A stretch of 64,000 nt of DNA from a bacterium (GTDB taxonomy: Bacteria; UBA8248): positions 224,001 through 288,000 of the forward strand of contig OZ244799.1 of the NCBI GenBank assembly GCA_965219955.1. The letters are read 5' to 3'. Position 1 is the first letter of the stretch; each line of letters begins with the position of its first letter. Positions 1-8,716 of the stretch are shown piece by piece. The translations under genes and the position numbers were made by a program. Below the pieces are notes generated by a model. The model was not told the origin of the DNA. It did not search any database and saw nothing but the letters and a program-made list of their open reading frames with translations.

Positions 1-1320
1 TGGCCTGCCGTCCTCACGATGGGAAGCGTGAACGAAAGCCTTACGGTCGCCCTGCTCGTCTTGATGATTGCGCTTTACGCGAGCGCGGGCGGCATCCGCG
101 GCGTCATGCTCACCGATCTGTTCCAGTTCGTCATCGCGATGGCCGGAAGCTGCCTGTTCGCCTGGTACGCCGTCGAAGCCGTCGGCGGGCTCTCGGGCCT
201 GAGCGCGAAGCTGGGCGAGATTTACGGCGCGGAGGGGGCGGCGAACATCATCTCCTTCCTCCCGCCCGAGGGCGCCGGATGGGCGGGGGCGCAGGTGATC
301 CTCATCTACCTGTTCGTGGTCTGGTGGGCGCACAACAACGCCGACGGCGGCGGCTACATCGGCCAGAGGCTATGCTCGGCGCGCTCGCCGAGGGACGCCC
401 AGGCGGGCGCTTTCCTCTTCACGGTCGGGAACTACGTCCTGAGGCCCTGGCCGTGGATACTCATCGGCCTCGTGAGCCTGGTCCTCGTGCCCAAGGGCAT
501 GGACGCCCTGCCCGGCACGATGGAGGCGAAGATTCTCGCCGACCGCGAGGCGGCCTATCCCCTCCTCATGGAGAAACTCCTGCCGGCGGGGGTTCTCGGC
601 CTCGTGTTGGTGGGTCTTTTGGGCGCGTTCATGAGCACGGTGGACACGCACCTGAACTGGGGGATGAGCTATCTCGTGAACGACGTGTATGCGCGTTTCA
701 TCAGAAAAGGAGCGGGCGCGCGGGAGGTCGTCTTCGTCAGCCGGCTGGGCGTCCTGATCATGGCGGTCGGCGCCTTCGCCGTGGCGGGGCAAATCAAAAG
801 CATCGAGGTCGCCTGGAAGTTCCACATCTCGCTCGGTGCGGGCCTGGGCCTTCCGGTGATCCTGCGCTGGCTGTGGTGGCGCGCGAACGCCTGGACGGAA
901 ATTTCAGGGATGCTGGCCGCCGGCGCGACCGCCCTCTATCTCCACTGGGAGGGGAAGCCGCCCGCTTTCCCCGTATTGCTGGCCGCGGAGGTGGGCGTCG
1001 GCTTCCTGGTGATGCTGATAGTCACCTTCATCACGAGGCCCGCGCGCCCGGAGGTTTTGCGGAATTTCTGGGCGCAAGTGCATCCGCCGGGCGCATGGGG
1101 CCGGGTGCGCGGGGAGGACAGGCGCGCAGCCCCCGTATCGGCGCTTGCCGGTCTGTGGATTTGTATGAGCGTCTTCGTTTTCGCGCTGATGTTCCTGGTC
1201 GGCGCGCTGCTCGTCGGCACCTGGGCGCAGGCGGGCGGGCTCGCGCTCCTGGCGGGGTTCGCCCTGTGCATGGCGTGGGGGATCGACAGGAGGTATCGCT
1301 ACGGGATTTTGTTCGTGTAG
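1..1320 (+). CDS. Sodium:solute symporter (SSS) family protein, 5' partial
   Basis: Many TM segments; SSS motifs (YASAGGIRGVMLTD, GQRLCSARS, AFMSTVDTHLNWG). Frame is open from base 1, so the start lies upstream of the window. Confidence 0.85.
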   Translation, partial: WPAVLTMGSVNESLTVALLVLMIALYASAGGIRGVMLTDLFQFVIAMAGSCLFAWYAVEAVGGLSGLSAKLGEIYGAEGAANIISFLPPEGAGWAGAQVILIYLFVVWWAHNNADGGGYIGQRLCSARSPRDAQAGAFLFTVGNYVLRPWPWILIGLVSLVLVPKGMDALPGTMEAKILADREAAYPLLMEKLLPAGVLGLVLVGLLGAFMSTVDTHLNWGMSYLVNDVYARFIRKGAGAREVVFVSRLGVLIMAVGAFAVAGQIKSIEVAWKFHISLGAGLGLPVILRWLWWRANAWTEISGMLAAGATALYLHWEGKPPAFPVLLAAEVGVGFLVMLIVTFITRPARPEVLRNFWAQVHPPGAWGRVRGEDRRAAPVSALAGLWICMSVFVFALMFLVGALLVGTWAQAGGLALLAGFALCMAWGIDRRYRYGILFV

Positions 1321-1344
1321 GGAGCCTGTATATCAAAATGAGGC

Positions 1345-1396
1345 GTAGGGGCGGTTCGCGAACTGTGGGGCAGCCCCGAGGAGGGGTTGCCCCTAC
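1345..1396. repeat. GTAG-type REP-like palindrome
   Basis: GTAGGGGC...GCCCCTAC inverted ends. Confidence 0.7.
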
Positions 1397-1589
1397 AGGC
1401 GAATGTGGTTTTGATCCTCATTCCGGCGGTGGACGATTCCGAGCGAGGAGGAGTTTTTCAACAAGCCCCTCGGGCTTCGATGAACGCAAGTTGGCAGCCA
1501 TCCCCGGTATGTGGGATAAAATGTTTGGGAGATGCCGCCTTCGGACGGCGGAAGAGAAAGTCCCTGCTTCGGAATAGGGGGATGGAACA

Positions 1590-1751
1590 ATGGAAAGCAA
1601 CATCTGGATAGGGTTCATCGTGGTCGTCATCACGATCGTCGGCTCCCACACCTGGCTTCACAGGGACATCGCCGAACTCCGGGAACGCATGGCGAAACTG
1701 GAGGGGACGTTCGAGGGCTTCATGACCTCGCAGCGCAAATCTGCGGACTAG
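1590..1751 (+). CDS. Small (53 aa) single-TM plus coiled-coil hypothetical protein
   Basis: Manual translation MESNIWIGFIVVVITIVGSHTWLHRDIAELRERMAKLEGTFEGFMTSQRKSAD*; purine-rich RBS upstream; below the ORF track length cut-off. Confidence 0.7.
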   Translation: MESNIWIGFIVVVITIVGSHTWLHRDIAELRERMAKLEGTFEGFMTSQRKSAD

Positions 1752-1870
1752 CCGGTTATTCAGCCAGCAATCGCTTTTTCGTTAAAATTTTATAGAAACA
1801 CCCTGACTTTGGGGAATGTTTGCGCCTACATTTATGCGTTTCCTGGGGGAAATGAAAGCGCAAAAAAATG

Positions 1871-1942
1871 GTAGGGACAGGTCGCGACCTGTCCCTACTT
1901 GTTTCATCCTCGATGCGGGCGGACACATGGGTCCGCCCCTGC
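1871..1942. repeat. Two REP-like palindromes
   Basis: Perfect palindrome GTAGGGACAGGTCGCGACCTGTCCCTAC (1871-1898) and GGGCGGAC..GTCCGCCCCTGC (1917-1942). Confidence 0.75.
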
Positions 1943-1965
1943 GAAACCGTTGCCCTGCGAACTTC

Positions 1966-2442
1966 CTACTCGTCCACCTCCTCGAACTCCGCCGTATACT
2001 CCACCTGAATCCCCCGCTGCACGCTCTGGCTGGCCGGGCAGCCCTTCTCGTGTACGGCGAGGGCGCGCTCGGCGTCTTCTCGCTTTCCTTTGGGGATGCG
2101 GCACTTGTAATGGACCTTGATCCTGGTGACCAGGGCCATGCCGTCCACGTTCTCGATGATGCCTTCGACTTCCGCCACCAGGTTGTCGGGGCTGCTCTTT
2201 ATCCCGCGCGCATCCAGCGCGCCTCCCATGTTGCCCGTCAGTCAGCCGGCGACGGCGGCGGCCAGGTGATCCAGCGTGGCCGGACGCTCCTCCTCGGGTT
2301 CCGCCTTGTAGAAGTTCTTGATGCCCCCGTGGATGCCGTAGGGGATTGGCTCGTCGGGGAAGGCGTCGAGATAGCCCGTCTTCATCCCCCTGCCGGGTTC
2401 CTTGACGATGCGGGCCTTGGTGACGTGAATGACTTCGCCCAT
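1966..2442 (-). CDS. OsmC/Ohr-family protein, probable selenoprotein (Sec67, in-frame TGA at 2242-2244), 158 aa
   Basis: ORFs 2242-2484 and 1966-2229 are in one frame and join as LDHLAAAVAG-(TGA)-LTGNMGGAL; second Cys in GCPASQSV; RBS GAAGGAG before ATG 2442; hairpin downstream of the UGA. Confidence 0.85.
2206..2222 (-). promoter_or_regulatory. Putative bacterial SECIS hairpin
   Basis: mRNA GCGCGC-UGGAU-GCGCGC; loop starts 25 nt after UGA with G at loop position 2. Confidence 0.55.
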
Positions 2443-2542
2443 GTTGCTCTCCTTCTCGTGATGAGGTTTCGAAAATGGCTTCAAGGAAAATCACAACTCA
2501 AGGGTAGCACCCCGCCGGAGCGAGGGAAACTCTCCCAGGACC

Positions 2543-3454
2543 CTACGTGATGACGATGATGGTGCCCCCCACGGTCAACAGCGCGCCGAGGACGAGCCGT
2601 GGCGTGATGTTTTCCATCTCGCGCAGGAAGAGCCAGCCGAGCACCAGGACGATGAGCGGCTGGGCGGAGATGATGGCCGTCACGCGCACGGCCAGCGTGT
2701 GGACGAACGCGAAGTTGTAAAGCGGCACGGCGATCGCCTGGCAGGCGGCTGCGGCGAAAATCCACCTCCAGACCGAAGCGGGTATCGGGCCGCGCGATTC
2801 CTCGCCGCCCCTGTCGAGCGCCATCAGCAGCGACGCCGTGGCGGCCCCCACCCAGAGCGCGATTGCGGCGGTGGCGAGCGGGTGGAGGTTCAGGGACGCC
2901 TTCTTGAAGAAGACGGCCGCCACGCCCCAGAGCAGTGAGGTGACGCCGGCGGAAATCCAGCCGAACAGCTTCCATCTCGCGCCGTGGGCTTCGGCTTCCG
3001 GCTCCCGGGATGGTTCGGCCTGGACGATGAGCGTGATGCCGACAAGCAGAATGACGAGGCCGGTGAAGATCGAGAGCGTCGGCGTCTCCCCCAGCATGAA
3101 CGACGCCACGACCGCCGTGACGACGGGATACGTCAGCGCGATGGGGATGGAGCGGTTCGGCCCGATGCGGTGGATGGCGCGGTAGTAGAACGAGCGCGAT
3201 ATGCCGATGTGGAAAAAGCCCGCCAGAAAAGCGAAGGCGAAGGTGGTCATGGAGACGCCCCGAAAATCCTCGGCCGAGATAAAGAAAACGGCGATGAGCG
3301 TCACGAGGGCCGCGTTCACACCCGTCATGGCGGCGGTGACCTTGAGGACGGGCGCGTTCATGAGCGCGCGCTTGATGAAATAGACGAAAACCGCCCAGGA
3401 GGTCGAGGCTATCGAAGCGAGGAGGATGCCGTAGGCGTTCGATTCGAGGCCCAT
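2543..3454 (-). CDS. EamA/DMT family transporter
   Basis: 303 aa, about 10 TM segments in two repeats. Confidence 0.85.
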   Translation of the reverse strand: MGLESNAYGILLASIASTSWAVFVYFIKRALMNAPVLKVTAAMTGVNAALVTLIAVFFISAEDFRGVSMTTFAFAFLAGFFHIGISRSFYYRAIHRIGPNRSIPIALTYPVVTAVVASFMLGETPTLSIFTGLVILLVGITLIVQAEPSREPEAEAHGARWKLFGWISAGVTSLLWGVAAVFFKKASLNLHPLATAAIALWVGAATASLLMALDRGGEESRGPIPASVWRWIFAAAACQAIAVPLYNFAFVHTLAVRVTAIISAQPLIVLVLGWLFLREMENITPRLVLGALLTVGGTIIVIT

Positions 3455-3517
3455 CTCAGGAGAGGTTCGCGGGCGGATGCGCCGCGAATCGCGGTGTCCG
3501 GAGCCTGGCCAAAGAGG

Positions 3518-4141
3518 TTATTTGTCGGAATTGATGCAGAGTACCGCGCGCCAGTAGTCGAAGATGTTCACGCGCTCCTGGCGTTCGAGGGTCAGGTTGT
3601 TCGCCTCGAGCAGGGGCTCCAGGTCCAGGGTGGTCTCCCATCCGAATTTCTTGCAGACCCCGTTGATGAGTTCTTCGAACTTGGCCAGCAGAAGTTTTTG
3701 GCTCTTGAAATGGTTGATGAAGACGACGCGTCCGCCCGGCTTGCACACGCGGCAGATTTCCGAGACGACCTTGTGCGGGTCGGGGGCGGCGCTCACCACG
3801 TAGCAGGCGGTGACGCAGTCGAAGGTGTTGTCCTCATACGCCATGTTCTGCGCGTCCATCACGGCGAGTTCGACGTTATTGAGGTCCATCTTCTCGATTT
3901 TCTCTTTCGCCTTCTCGAGCATTTTGGAAGAAATGTCGATGGCGATAATCTCCGAGGTCGGCGGGTAGAGCGGCAGGGAAAGCCCGGTGCCCACGCCTAC
4001 TTCGAGCAGTTTCTCGCCGGGCTTCAGGTCGAGCAGGTCGACGCCGACGTTTCTGCCTTCACTGAACACGTGCTTGAAGACCAGGTCGTAGAATTTCCCC
4101 CAGCGATCATATATCTTGATGACGGCATCCGGCGATTCCAC
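3518..4141 (-). CDS. Class I SAM-dependent methyltransferase, PmtA-like (phosphatidylethanolamine N-methyltransferase)
   Basis: IYDRWGKFYDLVF, LEVGVGTGLSLPLYP, RVCKPGG motifs. Confidence 0.8.
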   Translation of the reverse strand: MESPDAVIKIYDRWGKFYDLVFKHVFSEGRNVGVDLLDLKPGEKLLEVGVGTGLSLPLYPPTSEIIAIDISSKMLEKAKEKIEKMDLNNVELAVMDAQNMAYEDNTFDCVTACYVVSAAPDPHKVVSEICRVCKPGGRVVFINHFKSQKLLLAKFEELINGVCKKFGWETTLDLEPLLEANNLTLERQERVNIFDYWRAVLCINSDK

Positions 4142-4346
4142 TTTGCATCCCTCAATCTAGTTCCCGCGCTCGCAGTTGCACGGGAATCAGGTGGGCGATG
4201 GGCATACCAACCACGACTATATCCGGCATGCTTCCCGGCTTGGACCAACTCTCTTCCTTCCAACTTCGGAAGATATGCCATATTGTAAAAAAAAATAAAA
4301 ACTTTTTCCAGATCAATCGGCAATGGTGATTAAGGGAGAACAGGAC

Positions 4347-5132
4347 ATGGCGTGGGAGACCATCGATTTCGAGCAAGAGGGCGGCTTGGCCCTCGTGCGG
4401 CTCAATCGCCCCGAAGCGCTGAACGCGCTCGACCGGCAGATGGCGACAGACTTATACGAGGTGTGCGAGCGATGCAGCGAACCCGACGTCCGCGCGATGG
4501 TCCTGAGCGGGGCGGGGCGCGCCTTCTGCGCGGGCGGGGACTTGAAGGAGATCGAGGCGCGCATCCGGGCGGGCGAGCGGATGGAGGAGTTCCTCTGGCC
4601 GGACTACCAGAAATCGGTGGCGAAACTCCACGAGGTGCGCTGCCCGACGATAGCCGCCGTCCACGGTTTCGCCGTGGGCGCGGGATGTGATATCGCTTTG
4701 GCCTGCGACATCCGCCTCGCGGGCGCAGGCGCTTCGTTCGGGCAGGTGTACTCGAAGGTCGGGCTCGTCCCCGATTGCGGGGGAACGTTTTTCCTGCCCC
4801 GCGTCGTGGGAAGCGCGAAGGCCCTGGAGTTGATTTTGACGGGCGACGTCATCGACGCGGAGGCGGCGCTCGCCATCGGTCTCGTCCGCTCGGTTCATCC
4901 CGATGACGCGCTCATCGAAGAAGCGGCCGCCCTGGGACGAAGGCTCGCCGAGGGGCCCTCGATTGCGCTTCGCGCGGCGAAGAAGCTGGTTCGCGCCTCA
5001 GGCGGCCTGGACGTGGCGACGGCGCTGCGCGCGGAAGCGGGCGCGCAGGCCGAGACGGTCGCCAGTTCGGATTTCCAGGAGGGGATCAACGCCTTTCTGG
5101 AGAAGCGAAAACCCGGGTTCCAGGGTAAGTGA
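4347..5132 (+). CDS. Enoyl-CoA hydratase/isomerase (crotonase, PaaG-like)
   Basis: LNRPEALNAL, AFCAGGDL, GLVPDCGG, EGINAFLEKRKP. Confidence 0.9.
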   Translation: MAWETIDFEQEGGLALVRLNRPEALNALDRQMATDLYEVCERCSEPDVRAMVLSGAGRAFCAGGDLKEIEARIRAGERMEEFLWPDYQKSVAKLHEVRCPTIAAVHGFAVGAGCDIALACDIRLAGAGASFGQVYSKVGLVPDCGGTFFLPRVVGSAKALELILTGDVIDAEAALAIGLVRSVHPDDALIEEAAALGRRLAEGPSIALRAAKKLVRASGGLDVATALRAEAGAQAETVASSDFQEGINAFLEKRKPGFQGK

Positions 5133-5183
5133 ACGATCTCCGGCGATTCGGAGCCGCCGCCATATAAAGGACGCTTCTTGGGC

Positions 5184-6146
5184 ATGGAAGCATTTTTCGC
5201 AAGTTTTCCCGTCTGGATGAATTTCATTTTCTTCGCTGCGGGTCTCCTCATCATCACGATAGGCGCTGACTGGTTCACCGACGGCGCGGTCGGAATCGCC
5301 GAAATCACGGGGGTTCCCAAAGTCGTCGTCGGCGCCACGCTGGTGAGCCTGGCGACGACGGCGCCTGAGTTCAGCGTTTCCGTCATTGCGGCCTGGCTGG
5401 AGCATCCGGCCACGTCCGTGGGAAACGCGGTCGGCTCCACCATCTGCAACATCGGGCTCATTCTGGCGGTGGCGTTTCTGCTCGAGCCCGTGTCCCTGTC
5501 CAGGGAAGACGTGATGCGCAAAGGCCTGTTCATGACGGCGATGGGCGTGTTGCTCGTTCTCCTGGGCTGGGATGAGCAAATCACCAGGATCGAAGGCCTG
5601 GTCCTGTTCGCCCTGGTGCCCGTTTTTCTGTGGTTCGGCATGAAGCGGGGAACATGGTCGGATTTCGATTTCGGGACCACGGTGACCGACCGGGAAATAC
5701 ATCATGTCGGGCTGCGGTTCATCGCCGGTTCGATCCTGGTGGTTTTCGGCAGCGTGCTGCTCGTGCAGAACGCGGTGCATCTGGCACGGGCCATGGGCAT
5801 TTCCGAACTGGTCATCGCCCTTACGCTGGTGGCTATCGGCACGTCTCTTCCCGAATTGATCACGGCGGTTTCCGCATCCTGGCAGGGTCATGGAGACATG
5901 GCCGTCGGCAACGTGCTGGGCGCGAACGTCCTGAACATCACGTGGGTTCTCGGCGGGGCGTCGCTCATTACGCCCCTGGGTATTGAGCGGCAATCGTTCG
6001 TTCTGGATTTCCCGTTCATGCTCCTGCTCATGTTGATGTTCTTGCTTCTCGCCTTATGGAAGCGCGGCATGGGACGCAGGGCGGGACTCATGTTCCTTAC
6101 GGGATACGCGTGCTATCTGACGCTCATGGTCGTCTACTTTGTTTGA
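5184..6146 (+). CDS. Calcium/sodium antiporter (CaCA, YrbG-like)
   Basis: Alpha repeats ATTAPE...GNAVGS and GTSLPE...GNVLGAN. Confidence 0.9.
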   Translation: MEAFFASFPVWMNFIFFAAGLLIITIGADWFTDGAVGIAEITGVPKVVVGATLVSLATTAPEFSVSVIAAWLEHPATSVGNAVGSTICNIGLILAVAFLLEPVSLSREDVMRKGLFMTAMGVLLVLLGWDEQITRIEGLVLFALVPVFLWFGMKRGTWSDFDFGTTVTDREIHHVGLRFIAGSILVVFGSVLLVQNAVHLARAMGISELVIALTLVAIGTSLPELITAVSASWQGHGDMAVGNVLGANVLNITWVLGGASLITPLGIERQSFVLDFPFMLLLMLMFLLLALWKRGMGRRAGLMFLTGYACYLTLMVVYFV

Positions 6147-6248
6147 GGACGTCCGGCCGCAGGAAAACAATTTTCGCTCGGCGCCGTTTGCCGGTATATT
6201 AAGGGTTGATTTTCTGGATTCTTTTCGAGGTTCACAGGCGAGGGGAAA

Positions 6249-7106
6249 GTGGTGAGCATGAAAAAAATGGGTGCGCTGATCGCGGTGGTCTTGTTGCTCG
6301 GCGGCCTTGAGGCCGAAGGGGCGAGCGGGAAAACCGGCCCTTCCACGAAAGATATGGGCCAGGTCGTCATCGAGGTGAACGAGAAGAAAATCACCCTGGG
6401 AGAGATCGAGCAGAGGATGAGACAATTGGCTCCCGCCGTGCGAATCCGCATCCGCAAGAACAAGGAACGCTTTCTCGATGGCCTGGTCCAGGGGGAACTC
6501 CTGTATCAGGAGGCGGTTCGCCAAAAAATTGACGAATCTCCCCAGATTCAAAAGCGGGTCGAGCGCTTGAAGCGCAGGCTCGTCATCGAGGAGTTTCTGA
6601 AACAGGACGCGGAGGCGGTGGGCGCGTCAGAGCAGCAGTTGCGCGATTTCTTTCTCGCCAACAAGGAGCGGTTCCGCCGCAGGGAGGCGGTCACCCTCGC
6701 CCACATCGTGCTCAAAACCGAGCAGGAGGCGTGGGACGCCGTCGCCGAACTCAGAAAGGGGACGCCTTTCGCGCAGGTGGCGAGGCAACGCTCCATCTTC
6801 GAGGGCACGCGCGATTCGGGCGGCATGATGGGCACGGCCGAGCGGGGCGCGTTGGAAAAGGCGCTCGAAGACGTGGCGTTCAAACTGCCCATCGGCCAGC
6901 CGAGCAACCCGGTTCGAACCTCCGTCGGCTGGCAGGTGATACGGGTGCTCGAGCGCGTGGGGGCTGAGGATGCGAAATTTGATGACGTCAAGGATGACGT
7001 AAAGCTCGTTTATTCGGAACTCAAGAGAAGAGAGAGGTACGAGGCGCTGCTCAAGCGCTTGCGCGAGGGAGCGAAAGTCAAGGTTCATGCGGAGCGGTTC
7101 AAGTAG
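6249..7106 (+). CDS. Exported PpiC/parvulin-type peptidyl-prolyl isomerase (PrsA/SurA-like)
   Basis: Signal peptide; HIVLKT, FAQVARQRS, SNPVRTSVGWQVI. Confidence 0.85.
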   Translation: MVSMKKMGALIAVVLLLGGLEAEGASGKTGPSTKDMGQVVIEVNEKKITLGEIEQRMRQLAPAVRIRIRKNKERFLDGLVQGELLYQEAVRQKIDESPQIQKRVERLKRRLVIEEFLKQDAEAVGASEQQLRDFFLANKERFRRREAVTLAHIVLKTEQEAWDAVAELRKGTPFAQVARQRSIFEGTRDSGGMMGTAERGALEKALEDVAFKLPIGQPSNPVRTSVGWQVIRVLERVGAEDAKFDDVKDDVKLVYSELKRRERYEALLKRLREGAKVKVHAERFK

Positions 7107-7115
7107 GGTCGCGCG

Positions 7116-7179
7116 CTATCCACATTTTATCCACAGGTTCTCCCCTGAATATCCCCAGGAATTTCACGGACTATCCACA
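7116..7179. promoter_or_regulatory. DnaA-box array with 11-bp phasing
   Basis: CTATCCACA 7116, perfect TTATCCACA 7127, ATATCCCCA 7149, CTATCCACA 7171; degenerate copies at 7138 and 7160. Confidence 0.75.
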
Positions 7180-7231
7180 ACAAATTGTGGTTCAGGGCAA
7201 AAAAATCATTGACCCGGCACTATATGTTGTG
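7176..7231. promoter_or_regulatory. Tandem NrdR boxes overlapping a probable dcd promoter
   Basis: CACAACAAATTGTG (7176-7189) and CACTATATGTTGTG (7218-7231), 42 bp apart, matching CACwAtATaTwGTG; TTGACC at 7209 and TATAAT at 7236 (spacing non-canonical). Confidence 0.75.
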
Positions 7232-7272
7232 TTTATATAATTTTTCTCGGAACATGGTTTCCAAGCGAGTCC

Positions 7273-7388
7273 CAGGCGCTTCTCTCGTGTTTCGACTCAG
7301 GAGAGGCGCTTGTCGGATCGCCCCCGTTTCGGGCGGACAGGGGCGGTCGTCTGGGGGTGGGGGGAGTTGGTCTCCTCTCGCCCCCAGA
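7273..7388 (+). ncRNA. Candidate structured RNA leader upstream of dcd (three hairpins)
   Basis: Three adjacent stems (7273-7312, 7316-7348, 7350-7388) whose imperfections are G-U pairs on the + strand. Confidence 0.4.
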
Positions 7389-7504
7389 TATTATATGCCC
7401 GGGATTTTCACCCCCGAAAAATCGAGCATTGGTCGTTTTCGGGTTTTCGGTTTCGGATGGAATCCGGGGTTTCAACATGCGTCCGGGCAGGCGGAGTGCA
7501 CGGG

Positions 7505-8059
7505 ATGTCGATCAAATCGGACAAGTGGATATCGAAGATGGCGCGCGAGCACGGCATGATCGAGCCTTTCGAGGACAAGCAGGTGCGCGAGGGCGCCATC
7601 TCCTACGGCGTCTCTTCCTACGGCTACGACATCCGCATCGCCGATGAGTTCATGATCTTCACGAACGTGAACTCGACCATCGTGGATCCCAAGAATTTCG
7701 ACGAGCGCTCGCTCGTCCACGTCAAGGACGACACCTGCATCATCCCGCCCAATTCCTTCGCCCTCGCCAAGACGGTGGAGTATTTCCGCATCCCCAGGAG
7801 CGTGCTCACCGTCTGCGTGGGCAAGAGCACCTACGCGCGCTGCGGCATCATCGTCAACGTCACGCCCTTCGAACCCGAGTGGGAGGGCTTCGTCACCCTC
7901 GAGGTGTCGAACACCACGCCCCTGCCCGCCAAGATATACGCGAACGAGGGCATCGCGCAGGTGCTGTTCTTCGAGAGCGACGAGATGTGCGAGACCTCCT
8001 ACGCCGACAAGAAGGGCAAATACCAGAAACAAAAGGGCCTCACGCTGGCGAAGCTGTAG
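7505..8059 (+). CDS. dcd: dCTP deaminase
   Basis: [40 protein letters not shown]. Confidence 0.97.
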   Translation: MSIKSDKWISKMAREHGMIEPFEDKQVREGAISYGVSSYGYDIRIADEFMIFTNVNSTIVDPKNFDERSLVHVKDDTCIIPPNSFALAKTVEYFRIPRSVLTVCVGKSTYARCGIIVNVTPFEPEWEGFVTLEVSNTTPLPAKIYANEGIAQVLFFESDEMCETSYADKKGKYQKQKGLTLAKL

Positions 8060-8073
8060 GCCACGTTGCTTTT

Positions 8074-8101
8074 GCAGGGACAGGCCGCGGCCTGTTCCTG
8101 C
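8074..8101. repeat. REP-like palindrome
   Basis: GCAGGGACAGGCCGCGGCCTGTTCCTGC, a variant of the 1871 repeat. Confidence 0.7.
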
Positions 8102-8230
8102 GCCCCCTCCAAAACCCCTTGTTTTTCTTTTCCCTTTGATGTTTTGTGATCCTGTTGTATGATGATCCCATCTAATCCGCCCCAAAAGCGGACTCTCCCG
8201 CTTCATCGCTTTCCACGGGAGGTGTTCTCC

Positions 8231-8716
8231 GTGCCCCAGGAACTCTCTCACATCGACGAGCAGGGCCGCGCCCGGATGGTGGACGTCGGGGATAAGGAAG
8301 TCACCCGCCGCGAGGCCGTGGCGCGCGGCCGCCTGGAAATGGCGCCCGAAACCTTGGGCCTTATCCTCGCCGGTGGCCTGCCCAAGGGCGACGTGCTGGG
8401 CACGGCGCGCATCGCGGGCGTCATGGCGGCCAAGCAGTGCGCGAACCTCATCCCGATGTGTCATCCGCTGCGCATATCGAGCGTGGAAATCGACTTCACG
8501 GCCGATGAGCCGCTCGGCCTGCTGCGCATCTCGGCGGCCGTACGCGCGCAGGATAGAACGGGCGTGGAGATGGAGGCCCTGACGGCGGTGAGCGTGGCCG
8601 GTCTGACCGTCTACGATATGTGCAAGGCGGTGGACAAGGGGATGGTTCTTTCTGAAATCCGGCTGGCGAGAAAAACGGGCGGAAAGAGTGGGGATTTCAT
8701 ACTGGACGGGGAGTAG
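8231..8716 (+). CDS. moaC: Cyclic pyranopterin monophosphate synthase
   Basis: [39 protein letters not shown]. Confidence 0.97.
   Translation: MPQELSHIDEQGRARMVDVGDKEVTRREAVARGRLEMAPETLGLILAGGLPKGDVLGTARIAGVMAAKQCANLIPMCHPLRISSVEIDFTADEPLGLLRISAAVRAQDRTGVEMEALTAVSVAGLTVYDMCKAVDKGMVLSEIRLARKTGGKSGDFILDGE

Noticed and set aside
1966-2484. Two separate small genes, a pseudogene, or genetic code 4/25 for the OsmC locus
   Set aside because: The single in-frame TGA falls exactly on the catalytic Cys position, many essential genes here end in TGA, and tRNA-Trp(CCA) looks standard. Sec is the better explanation, though a nonsense mutation is not formally excluded.
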